Below are positions 1-11,764 of a DNA stretch of 57,663 nt, piece after piece. A program made the position numbers and the translations under genes. The DNA is taken from the NCBI GenBank assembly GCA_002633005.1, contig NMRA01000064.1:1111536-1169198 (forward strand), given 5' to 3'. How positions within the stretch are numbered: the stretch's first letter is position 1; every line of letters starts with the position of its first letter. Below the pieces are notes generated by a model that did not search any database, was not told the DNA's origin, and worked only from the letters and a program-made list of their open reading frames with translations. This stretch comes from Phoronis australis. Its lineage: Eukaryota > Animalia > Phoronida.

Positions 1-751
1 ATGCGGTCAAAGTGCGACGAAGTAATTTCTGTTCTCCTTAATTTTCTAGTATGGAACAGATTTCGGGAGCACTCAATACTGTTGCCGAACATAGGAATAC
101 AATGCGAACTATTGTCTGTTTAGATTGATTAGACAACAATATGACTATGAATGACGGTTGCTGTGTCAAAGGCTGTGAAATTACCTACAGTGTATGAATG
201 GGCTCAAAGGAATAGTGAAGTGGCTGTACCACTGATAATGCGGCTCTATATGCGATTGTTTCAGTGAAATATGATCAAAAACACACAGTAGAGAATTTGA
301 TGCGGTGCTACATGAACGTGTGCCTTGCAATGGATTTCCGCCATGTTGGATTTGGGCTTCTGGGACTTTTCAAATGTGAATATGGTAGGCGTGGCCTAGC
401 TACGTTTGTCGGAACAATCCACTGGCGGTGTGAGTAAGCAAATGAGGCAAGGATACTGTTTAGTTTCACGGGCGGTCTCACCAGCAACTAATTACATGAA
501 AGCGCCCCAGGGTTGCGTTCGGTAACCGCTAAAAGCAAAATCACGATTTTTTGTTGTGTGGAACTCGCGACCTTAATTGTGTCAACCATGTTTGAAGTGG
601 TTTGTCCTGGAGGATGCAATGGTAATTATGCGACAGAATTCTTTGTTTCCGTTCTATCACGGACGATTTTTCGTCTTAAGTGCCTTAGGAGTGTCTTGCA
701 CTTGTACGTAGCTTAACGTGCCTAATAATATACATTACCATGACAACTTAC

Positions 752-939
752 TTATATTGGTATTTGTGAATTGCCAATCCTTGGTGGCGCACCGTTCTCG
801 GGCATGTGTACAAGTTTCTTTCGTCTTCAGGAAGAAGATCAATGTCGTGGAAAATAATGCAGTCGAAGTCTGTCATTTTCATACTTTCTATGAAAGCTGC
901 GTTCATTAGACGTCCTTTGTTAAAGATTTTAGGCTTTGC
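752..939 (-). CDS. B4GALT-like: GT7 copy A coding exon 3 (DXD motif)
   Basis: Acceptor ttattgcAG, donor GTAAGT at 751-746. Encodes AKPKIFNKGRLMNAAF...FHDIDLLPEDERNLYTC...RH. Confidence 0.95.
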
Positions 940-3900
940 CTGCAATAAGGAAAAACAATTCAAGCTTTGTTCCTTCTGCACATGGCTATGTAGACTAAGT
1001 GAAGCGGCCGGCACAGCATCACAGACTGGTCTTAACGTATGGCCATAGCTGACTTCTTGTCCGGGGACCCCATGAGTGCGGCACCCCAGACCAAGCATAG
1101 TTTGTTGGGCGACTTGCAACTATCTTACGCAATAACGTTGAATGTTAGCCTACATTTACGGACACATACATATACCGGCACATACACCTCAGTGGGGGGG
1201 GGATATTTGAACCCATTTCACAATGCTGTCGATTTGTTTTGATGTAATCTGAGTCTTTATTAAACTCTCAGTTCAAAAACACCAACCAGTAAAAATATTG
1301 TGGGGTGATAAAACTCTGAAGTGAGCACATTGTAGGTAGGTCAAGTATTACTCTCAAATGCGCAGTCGAAATCAGATGAAAATCTACAGTACATTTTTAA
1401 CGTATTTAAATTTACCACTAGAAGATCACGATCGACACTAGAACTTGTTAAATGCGTTAACATTGTTTTTCACATTTCCTGTACTATCAATACAAGCTTC
1501 GAAAAAACATTCGTGGCCTCTAATCAGGTAACTTCAAAGAAACTGGCTTTAACGTAAGCGCCAAGTTTATCCTCACTGGCTCTTGCCTAAGAACATAGAA
1601 CGAAGATATAAAGCAAAACAAGCAATCAACACACTTGGTTTAGCTGAGCAGCCATTTGCTATAACTATAAGGTATTATATATATGATCCAAAATTCCACT
1701 TGGATTGGTAAAACATAATTAGTAAATGATAACAGTTTGATTTTCAGTTGATAGGCCTATTTGTATAGTTATGCAATACTGTTAGTAAACCAACCAAATA
1801 CACTTAATAGTATCGAAATATTCTTTTAGTCATAAAAACATCAAATTTTTCGAAACTATAAATCCATTTATACGTATGTCGTACTGATATGTCTTAATAA
1901 CTCATTATTTTTTGAGCATCTAATAACATAATTTTGTCGCAATTTTACGAGCAATCTCCAGTGCCGCTTGACAGTAAGCTCAGGTCACTCACACATACAC
2001 GTACCTGTTCCACAACAAAAAGTGTGTAATTCAACTTTTGTTTTTGAATGAAACCGTGGATCACGTCTAAGAAGGTGACTAGATGATCTTCTCTATCTCT
2101 ATACGGCACTACTACAGCCACCTTGTGGCGAGGTACGCAGTCAGTGGGGTTCCATTGGCCGTTTTTGACAGACGAATGCTTCTTGCGTAGTGTTTTGTAA
2201 GATCTCTCCTGGGCCGACTCGGGGAAAGGAGTATCTATAAAAAGCAAGTCAAAACTTGCAAACTAAGGTTATACGATGACACGTTACAGGCATTGGTCAG
2301 TTTCTAATGCTTCTCAAAATAATTCGGGTTAGTACCTGAAGGGGAGAGTACTTTGTGTGAGTACTTTAAGGGGGGGGGGAGTTTTTGTTTTGATGCTTCT
2401 AGCTCACTTATTGTTTTTTTTCCAAAATAAATTTCCTTCATAAAGTTACACATTTTCGAGGAATCCGACTTTAAATTTACGTAATAGTTGCCAAATTGAA
2501 TGATTTTTTTATTAATTTAAAACAAGTAACCATTTCTCCACAACATAATTGTATTTAACAGTAACACATTCATATTACATGTTTCAGTGATGTAGAACAA
2601 TTCTGAGGAGAATTAAAGCTACGCCTGGATATCACCAGGCGACTTTTATTGAAATGCCAAGCCAGTTAAATTACACAATACACTTGCATTACACTTGCAA
2701 ATATCAAAACCTGCACATCTATAGCCACACGTTCACCTTATTTGCACAATATACAAGAAATGTGTTTCTCAAAAATAAAAACAAGTGGATGACTTGTANA
2801 CTTTAAGGGGGGGGGGGAGTTTTTGTTTTGATGCTTCTAGCTCACTTATTGTTTTTTTTCCAAAATAAATTTCCTTCATAAAGTTACACATTTTCGAGGA
2901 ATCCGACTTTAAATTTACGTAATAGTTGCCAAATTGAATGATTTTTTTTATAAATTTAAAACAAGTAACCATTTCTCCACAACATAATTGTATTTAACAG
3001 TAACACATTCATATTACATGTTTCAGTGATGTAGAACAATTCTGAGGAGAATTAAAGCTACGCCTGGATATCACCAGGCGACTTTTATTGAAATGCCAAG
3101 CCAGTTAAATTACACAATACACTTGCATTACACTTGCAAATATCAAAACCTGCACATCTATAGCCACACGTTCACCTTATTTGCACAATATACAAGAAAT
3201 GTGTTTCTCAAAAATAAAAACAAGTGGATGACTTGTATCCGCCTCATATTTCAAATTACAAGGAGGCTGTTCCGGAAATGTCCAACAACCAAAATGACAA
3301 CAATTGGATATGGTCAAGAGTACTTGTTATAATTAAATCATTGAAGCGTGGAATAATGCAATATTATGTGAAATGCCAAAACTAGGTTGAAACTATGAAA
3401 TTTGCAGTAAATTTGAAGATGCCTGCATCGCTGTCTCAAAATTCAGTGACTGGGGATGTTGTTTTGCTTCTTTATGTATGTAACTTTTAGCTTTCTTAGT
3501 TGCACCTAATACCATAGACCGAATGGAGGCCTTTCAATGGTTCAACTTAGATTCAACGCCGGAAACAGATAAATTCACGATCGCTTTGGCAATTTTTAGC
3601 AATTTCTAGGGTAAAATCTTTTTTATCAGTGAAAATGACTATTTCCACATCAGTGACTGAATAGCGGTCACGCAAGTAGCGGCATCGAGTTTCTCTTCTA
3701 GTTCTAATATTTTGATCTTTCCGTCATGCCCACATTTTTGAAGGGTTTTAACTCCTTTTTTTCGCCATTCGTTGCACAGAAAACAAACTTGCTCAATTGT
3801 AAATCCCATGCGACTTCTCTCAGAGATTTGTGATTCCCCGGGTTTGCCTCCTGAGATTGAATCAGTTCCTCAACACGATCCTCATTTTCTTTCGAACATT

Positions 3901-6900
3901 GAAACAGGATTCATTTGTAAATTTATCACTTTCACCCAAGAGCATCCTTACAAACCGGAATATTGGACAGGACTGATTTGGATATAGATCTGACAATGAA
4001 AAACAGTAAACTTGAGACCCAGACAGACATTTTTGACTGACAGATGTCAGCAAAGCATGGCCAAGTGATGTCGCATTTTCACCCCGCTGTTTTGAGTTTT
4101 AAAGTAGGCCCTACTTCCAAGATTTTATATTTCTTTGAGATATTTTGTAGACTTTTTGATGACACCCTGAAGACAATTTGTAGAAAATTAGAACGATTTC
4201 GGTTGGTCAATTGTTGGGAAATTACTTGTCAAAAAACGACTTACTTTTTGGGACACCTACATGTCCTATATTTGGGCAGTTGTCATTTGCAAAGTGTTTT
4301 TCAATTATCATAGATAATGACACTAACAACAGTACATAATTGGGAGACGATAATTATATATAACAACATGAGGTAAATCAAATACCGAAATTGTCATGGA
4401 CTTAGCCCGCTAAATATCGTAATCCTTAAGACTTTGCCAGGGTTATCTTCTGTAGAGATGACAACGGTTATCTTCTTTAGAGGAATTATGTAGTTCTGTT
4501 ATGTTTCACGGTGTGACAACACACTTATTTCATGACCGTATAATCCCCTATGTATGATAAACGGGCCTGGTGCCACAATATCTAAACTTAACCACCCGCA
4601 ATGCAGAGGTTAGGTCCACGGCAGGATCTCGCTGTTCAAGTCCCACCTTTTAATTGTTCTCGCAAAACGCTACGACATTGCCAGAGAGGGTATTGTTCCC
4701 TGCATGTCTGCAGACTAATGTCGGTCTTTTCTCAAGTATCAGTTCATGTAAAGCGCTTACTACTTACTGAAGTGTGTTTGTTTCACTCACCCGTCGCAAC
4801 TTAGCGACTTTCTGACTTGAGCCCTATGCAAATAAGTCCATATACACGGGATAAATAGGTTATCCCACACACATAGGAATATTACTGCCATATCCTCTCA
4901 AGAATTTATGAATTCGAGATAGGTTATCGCAGTAGTATTCCTATGTATGTGGGATAACCTATTTATCCCATGTATATGGACTTATTTGCATAATCGTGGC
5001 AATACCTTGTTGCCGTGTGTTCCGGCTTGGTGTTATATGACGTCATGTGTATGCCAAGTGCGGTACCCAAACCGATTATAAGCTACAAGACAATCTGTGA
5101 AAGTGTTGCAAATAAGTCCGTATATATGGGATAAATAGGTTATACCACATTCACAGGACTGGTATACTACTGCGATATCCTATCTCGAATTCATTTGGCA
5201 GTAGTATTCCAATGTACATGTATGTGGGATAACCTATATGTATCGGGTTTTTACGAATCTAAAGTCTCAAGCACACTTGCTCTAAACAGGAGCAACCAAC
5301 GCGATCGTTTGTATGCGCACACAGTAGCGCGCAAACGATGTTTCTAGGGCCGTTTATCACCTTCATGTGGGTCAAGTTATTCATTTCAAAAACATATCTT
5401 TCATAGGATAGGTAACATTAGTAACCATAAATTCAAATGATATCTGGGTACCGTGCACAGATTGTGCTAATGAATTGTTCTAGAAACGTTACGAAATAGT
5501 AATAACACACACACACGCACGCACGCACGCACGCACGCACTCACACCAAGTAATTACTTAAGTTACGTAAACAGACGTGTTAATAAACTTTTCATATATA
5601 ATTGTAAAACAAACACTCATAAATCATATGTCACTTATTTCCATAAAACACTGGTTTTAACATACCATAGTTTTAGGTTACCGAGAACGTGGCTACACAT
5701 TCCAGTTCACCATTTAAATAACGTCTGCGTTTACATGAAAACTTTTAATAAACCAAATATTAAATAGTAATGAAATATAATTACTGCTAGATATCGGGAC
5801 AGAGATCTTTCCAGGATTAACTTATATGTCACGTGACATGACCAACATTATATTGCGTGTAAAAGGACTAGTCTAATCATTTTCATTTGTATGTCTGTTG
5901 AAATATTTGCAGATGAGATGTTACTACAGTAACTGTTTCAGACAAAAAACTATTTAAAAATTATGATCTTTAAATTACATCTACAATGTAATTATGGAAG
6001 ATTTAATTCGGTGTGATTTTTGTTTCTTTTTAAAAGCTCTTTCGATTTTTTGAGAAATGGCAATGGGACAAACTGTAAATTAAAACTAAAACCAAGGTCA
6101 AGTTACTGTAAAGTTGCTGATATCTCAGGCCAGGTACTGCGTTAATGGCTATGTGTCATATAAGTTTGGCACCAAACATGAAACATTAAACTTTTAAGAC
6201 TGAGCCCACTCTAAGACTGGAGCTGAAGATATCAGCGAAAAAACTACTCCTGGCATCCAGCTTGAGAGGTATACGGGCCCGAGGGGTCACTCATATTGAC
6301 AAGGTGCCGGCAGACGTTTAACAAAATACGGGAAGACGGTACTCCTTCAGCAAGTTTTGCGGGATACGCGCAGCGTCCAATAGGTCCCTAAATTTCACTT
6401 TATACTGTAGGCTTACTTTTGACATCCTGTTGTTGACGTAAATTACCTTTCGCGAACACTGGTTAGATTAAATATTATAGCTCACCGACAACGGAAGCGA
6501 TTGTAGCTGAACCGCGCAATAAAGGGTGGAGTGGAAAACAAAACTACCCCACTACATGTTGGTGAGGCAGAAAAATTTACTCCGCAAAAGGGAGTGGGGT
6601 TTAGCTGACCTAGCACCACTAATAGGGGATCTCTCGGAAAATTTTGGTGCACGCCTGCGGCTACCTTGTCAATGAGTGAATCCCGAGGCTACGCGTCGGT
6701 GTGTAAAGAATGGCTAGTGTTTGTCGACCAATTTTGCCGAGAAATCGCTGGGTAACCTGGAACCATACCTCGAGAATCTTGGATGATGATGCATTATGAA
6801 TGAAAGTGGCTAAATGAACGATATTAGGCTTGATTTGATAATTACGACTCGATTAAAATTCAATCTAGCTGACAACTACACTCTTTCACAGCGTTACGAA

Positions 6901-7897
6901 AGGTAGCACTGTGGAATGTTGTTAACCATGGCTTCTCATTGGTTAAAGTATGAAACCGAAGTCATAACATTCAGTCATTCCCATTAGTTGAAATCTGGGA
7001 AACCCCTTTTAGTTTACTCTTACGTTGTATGGCGACGACCTTTGACTTGAATAGTTGCAATTTATTAAAACAGGCAGTTATCGAAGTAAGCAAAATCAAA
7101 GGAACCGATCCGGTGGCTAAGCCCAAAGAAGTACAGTGCACAGAGGGTGTGTGCAAGTAGTGGCGACGTGATCGATAAACTTTCGACCAAGCATGTGCAT
7201 TGATGCCCATACACGGAATTCCGTGTATCGTTCATCACGTTTCCACTAGTACACTTTTCAGTAGGCCTACAGGTGGCGCTGTCAGAGGGTAGCTGACAAC
7301 CGGAAATTCACAGTGCACATTCTCGCAGTCAGTCCCGTAAAAACTCGAGGACACAAGGTCTCACACAACAATGCATGGGTCACGCGCAGGAGTATGCCTT
7401 CCAGCCACACAGTGCTGTGGTAGGAACGAATTTACCAAATAGCAAGGGGCTTAGGAGATACAGCGGACGCCCACACAGAGATGACGGCAATGATCACCCA
7501 AATATGTATATGTGCGCGCATAAAAACAACTTGATTACTTACATGACTTTAAATCCTTGGGAAAACATCCACACATTGCGATATTCGACGACTGAGACAA
7601 TGCTACTTGCCCATGAGAAGGTGATAAGTCGCAGTCGAATATAAGGGTCAAGTTATATTCGTCGATATTTGATGCATGATTCACAGTTGTAGGAAGAGCT
7701 TTTGTTGTACTTGCACTGGTCGAAATATCCTGAGGTAGTGTTAAATTTAATGTCTTGGGAAGAACGTTGTGTTTTGTCTGTCCCTCGTCTTTGGAGTCGA
7801 CGTGTGTTCGCTTGTACAATAGAGCGAATTGTAACGAAAGAAATGTTAATAATATCGACGCCAATATCTTGATTTGGCACCGTAGTAATTTCTTCAT
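752..7897 (-). CDS. B4GALT-like: GT7 beta-1,4-galactosyltransferase-like gene, copy A (5' part: exons 7543-7897, 2005-2234, 752-939; remaining exons lie left of the window)
   Basis: The spliced translation is open: type II membrane N-terminus, VAVVVPYRDR, FVVEQ, FNKGRLMN and the DXD motif FHDIDLLP. Introns are GT-AG with phases 1, 0, 2. Confidence 0.93.
2005..2234 (-). CDS. B4GALT-like: GT7 copy A coding exon 2
   Basis: Acceptor ttgctttttatAG, donor GTACGT. Encodes GQWNPTDCVPRHKVAVVVPYRDREDHL...YTLFVVEQ. Confidence 0.93.
2363..3238 (+). repeat. Near-perfect ~437 bp tandem duplication joined by a single N (probable assembly artefact)
   Basis: 2363-2798 and 2800-3238 differ only around homopolymers; there is an N at 2799; paralogue B has one copy. 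Confidence 0.85.
3425..4258 (-). mobile_element. Tc1/mariner-superfamily transposon remnant (one TIR plus degenerate transposase 5' half)
   Basis: End sequence GGTGTCCCAAAAAGTAAG. Frameshifted translation ENEDRVEELIQSQEANPGNHKSLREVAWDLQLS...RRETRCRYLRDRYSVTDVEIVIFTDKKDFTLEIAKNCQSDR/VYG covers the HTH and first catalytic Asp region. Confidence 0.75.
4827..5238. mobile_element. Foldback/MITE-like palindrome (4827-4990, TA-flanked) with a second partial copy (5107-5238)
   Basis: About 60 bp inverted arms TGCAAATAAGTCCATATACACGGGATAAATAGGTTATCCCAC... and ...GTGGGATAACCTATTTATCCCATGTATATGGACTTATTTGCA. Confidence 0.75.
5504..5545. repeat. (AC)n/(GCAC)n microsatellite
   Basis: Directly visible in the sequence. 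Confidence 0.9.
6278..6688. mobile_element. ~410 bp MITE with ~28 bp imperfect TIRs
   Basis: cccgaggggtcactcatattgacaaggt at the left end and accttgtcaatgagtgaatcccgagg at the right end. Confidence 0.65.
7543..7897 (-). CDS. B4GALT-like: GT7 copy A coding exon 1 (cytoplasmic tail, TM anchor, Ser/Thr-rich stem)
   Basis: ATG at 7897 gives MKKLLRCQIKILASILLTFLSLQFALLY...CGCFPKDLKS. Donor GTAAGT at 7542-7537, phase 1. Same 355 bp length as the copy B exon. Confidence 0.85.
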
Positions 7898-8911
7898 CCC
7901 GAAAGAGAAAAGTCTGAAAGTATATGAAGCACTGAGGTTTGGTAATAAATTAAAAAAACATTGCTGAGCAACTAGAACCACATTTAACAAAATGCAAGAC
8001 TAGCATCCGCGCAGTGTCTGACTGGTCATAAGAACATTTGGACAATGTCCTGCAGGATGATTTGGTCAACGGACGCTGATCCCATGACCATTTGTAGGCA
8101 AATTTAAACTAATACGGAACTAGACAACATCATCAACTACCAAAATACATAACATAAAAGGTTCATATTGTAGGCCTAGGCGTGACTGGAGCTCTATGTA
8201 GAAACACCTAGCGGAGCCACTAAAGAGGCCCGTTTTTCGTGCTCCGACTTAATTGCAAGATTATTGATTAAAGATGCATTGCATCATACCTGTGAATATA
8301 TTGAAGAAAAGCAATTACATCAAATAGTACGGGAAAGTTGGTTAACGAAGAAAAAAATGAACACAACTTAGAAGTTTAAGATACGCTGTGTGTCCAGTAC
8401 CCTGCTGCACGAAGCAGACATATCTCATCTTGCCTTATACAGTGTATACGCAGCACCGTCTCACACGAAGTAAAACCTTGTAATAAAACCCCTTACCGGC
8501 AAAAACCAACTGTCATTATAAGTAATATTAATGATTCTTGAAGGTCAAATGCTGCTTAGTTAGCACTGCTCACTGGCAGTTCAGTCGAAGCATAGTGCGG
8601 TAAAGTCACAGTTCAAGAGTTCATGCCTGAATTGTGCGTCAGCATGATATCACACGCTAGAGTCCAGTTAGAGTGTATGCTGGTGCATGTGGTGGTGGGT
8701 GATCGGTTTAGTAGGGTATAATTGTTTTGCATAATCTATTTACAGGCGTCTGTTAAAGAGTTGCCAGAAGCACTGACCTAAGATTGCGGTGAACATTTCG
8801 GGAGTTCATGCGTTACATCCCCTGTTGTGAAACGTGACTTTGTAGCTCATATCTACTAGCAGTGAACACGTTGTACAACACAAGTGTAAAAATTAGTTGC
8901 CGAGGTTAGGA

Positions 8912-9178
8912 CTTCAATTAGCATGGTCTTGCTTCAATTAGCATAGTCTTGCTTCAGTTAGCATGGTCTTGCTTCAGTCAGCAAGGTCTTGCTTCAGTCA
9001 GCATGGTCTTGCTTCAGTTAGCATGGTCTTGCTTTAATTAGCATGGTCTTGCTTCAATTAGCATGGTCTTGCTTCAGTTAGCATGGTCTTGCTTCAATTA
9101 GCATGGTCTTGCTTCAGTTAGCATCGTCTTTCTTCAGTTAGCATTGTCTTGCTTTAATTAGCATAGTCTTGCTTCAAT
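8912..9178. repeat. 20 bp minisatellite, about 13 copies (TTAGCATGGTCTTGCTTCAR)
   Basis: Head-to-tail units with no spacers. Confidence 0.95.
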
Positions 9179-11199
9179 AGACACTGGAATTCCTGGTTTG
9201 AAATCAATTCTTTCACAAGCTCGTCTCTTGCGATAGTCATGAAGTGGACTAACACTTATAAATTAATTAAAGTTCAACTGGGAAGGCTGGTGAATCTGTT
9301 GTGCACGTTTTGCTCATCTGCACGCCCCCTTGCGATCAAGTGCCACGTTAGAGACAACCTACACAAAACACGTTTTTCAGCATATAGTAACCCTGAAGCC
9401 CAGCCTCGCTACAGGTTGTATCGGATATCCGGTGTAGCATGAACGGAGAACTCTCTCGCGCTTGCAGAAGAACTCACACAGCCCGAACATGGAATCCGGT
9501 AGTTAGACCAGAATAACAACGGGAGCAGAGATAGTGCGATTTTGAGCTTTGCAGACTGAACAGCACGTGGTATTGTTTCGTCCTCTAGTCGAAGACATTA
9601 AATCCGTTTTCGCTGCTACAGGGATCGATACAGTCTTTGGTTCGTTAGTAAATGTCGTCGACAAATCACTTACCTTAACCAGAGTCATGAATTAATAAAA
9701 CATTATTGATCGCATACACACATACACTGTAGACGCATATCGGTGTTTTCTGTCACACAACCTCAAGTGGATGTTTCACATCTTTCCATTGTGTATTGTT
9801 TGATTAGGCCCTACTCGTGCCGTATGCGCAGTATATTTTGATGGCTTAGTCACTAAACTAATCAAATATATCACACTTCCAATCATTTGGGTCATCAGAC
9901 CATAGACTATAGAGTATCTATGATGAGACGGAACATAGAGCTCAGCAGGCTAACCATATATCGGATAATGCCGACCTGTGAAAGTTTGAGCCGCTTAAAG
10001 TAAATTTCAAATGACGCTTCATCTCTCCTTTTCCGATGGCAGTGAAAAAAAAAATTACTGGCATGGTACTGAGAGAAACGCCAAGACAAGTCCTTTTCGT
10101 GATTTCGATTTTAGTCGTATTTTGGGAATGAAATCCATCCAAAGCCGTTCCTGTGGAACAGTGAAAAACTAAATCTTTAACAAAGTTTACTCTCCTTTTA
10201 CGTTTATCGTAGAACAGTGTCCTGTCACCGTAGGTAAAAAATTCCTACGGCACATGTCTAAGACACCATTTTGAAAATGTATGCACGGTAGACATTCCAA
10301 TGCCAAAACGAGGCTTGAACAGCACAAGGTGGCACCAAAAAACCTTTTGAGCCACTGTATAATTTACTTCACTGTTGAATTTACTTCACTCACTTTCATT
10401 AAAAATTGGCGCCTTCTGGGTTGCCTGGAGATTTTGAATTTTGTACTGCACATGAAGGATACGAATGACTTTTGTTTACTTTTCGAGTCTATCCTGAGTG
10501 ACAGATTTCCAGTTGTTGACCCTTTGACCAACATCTTGCTCAATCCAAGCTTTTCTTAATTTAAATTTAAAGACTTTGAAGTTGTAAAAAGTCTGGCTGG
10601 TCGACATTCACTTTTCATCTGATATCAGCAATCTACAGAGTTTTGTCAGTCTGAATGCACAGTCTCTCAATTCTTTGTAATCGCATGGAAATGGTAGCTT
10701 CGAGGTGAAAACTGCTGTTTCGATGTATTTTTGATCATTTTTATTTAGTCAGATTCACTTCCGGTATTCCGCGTAAAAAGATGGAAAAACTGACTTGACA
10801 ATCAGTTTCAGTAGACTTTGTACAAGCCTTTTGAAATATTCAGTCGAGTGTACTGTTCGTATTTCCAGGATTTGTATATCTTGTGGAACAGGCTGTTGCA
10901 GCTGCCAAGACATTGTTACTGAAGTCCAACTGAAAATAGGCATTAACTCTTGAGTGTCACATAGAGGTAAGATTTCGTCTGGCTATCCCAGTCGCTAGAG
11001 TTGAGATTGTGTACCTAACTGCGTGTACTTAAATGGCTTGAAGTCCAAGACCAGATATTCAAAGTACTTGCCGAATTGTCGTGCCACAATGAAACCCCGC
11101 GAGTTAAAATTCGTACTCTGGACCTCAATGGGCCGCTTGCATGAAAGAGTCCCAAACTGCAGTGCATTGCTATCAAACTTTGTTGTCAACTTACGAGCA

Positions 11200-11764
11200 T
11201 TTTTCAGAAAATCCCACTGCCAAAAATTGCCGTGAATCAGGTTTCAAGCTCCTCAACTTGGTTTAACTATATATTAATAAACCATAAAAATGGTTCCCAG
11301 TGATCAGTGCAATGACTGCGCACGTCTAATAAATGTGTGTCATGCAGCTCCTGATTTAAACAAAGGTCTGTTTTTTAAATTTTGGTGCGGTATAAATAAC
11401 GCCACAGATCTGGAAATCCAGCGAAACACTTCTACCTTACAAATCTGACAATCCCTAGCACCCGGCAAAAGATACTAATGATGAAATTCTGGTGATGATA
11501 ATCACCCACTTTGTTTATTGACTTCACCTCAATTTGAAATACTTGGTAAAATGAAGCCCATTCGAGTAAGCATAATGCGGGTCCCAATGCCAATCCAATA
11601 TATGATAGGACCCAACAAGCTCAAGTTGCAGTCAAATCAGGATGGGCATAAATAAGGAAATTTACTGTATCAAGAGATTGTCCAAATAAGAATAAGATAC
11701 AAAGTGTTGCTACAGTGCACACCTGCACAATACTTGGTCTATTATTTTGCCGCCGTAAATGCAT
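11200..11764 (-). pseudogene. Degenerate multi-pass membrane protein reading frame, weakly XK-related-like
   Basis: One frame from ATG 11764: MHLRRQ...LCILFLFGQSLDTVNFLIYAH...*ACWVLSYIGLALGPALCLLEWASF...IFCRVLGIVRFVR*, with several stops. The resemblance was judged by eye only. Confidence 0.25.

Larger units (their letters stand above)
1..8725 (+). repeat. Segmental duplication arm A (paralogous to about 42040-52560)
   Basis: Exons and introns are collinear, e.g. atgcggtcaaagtgc at 1 and 42040, and gtgtatgctg..tgtggtggtgg at about 8673 and 52505. Confidence 0.92.

Noticed and set aside
940-1119. N-terminal extension of ORF 748-1119 as coding sequence
   Set aside because: It lies upstream of the acceptor at 941-940, and the frame is not conserved in copy B, so it is intronic.
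7898-7990. Upstream non-ATG start for copy A exon 1
   Set aside because: Copy B starts at the equivalent MKK ATG, and the upstream sequence looks like a splice acceptor region.
8912-9178. CRISPR-like regular repeat
   Set aside because: The 20 bp units are directly adjacent with no unique spacers, there are no cas genes and the context is eukaryotic. It is a minisatellite.
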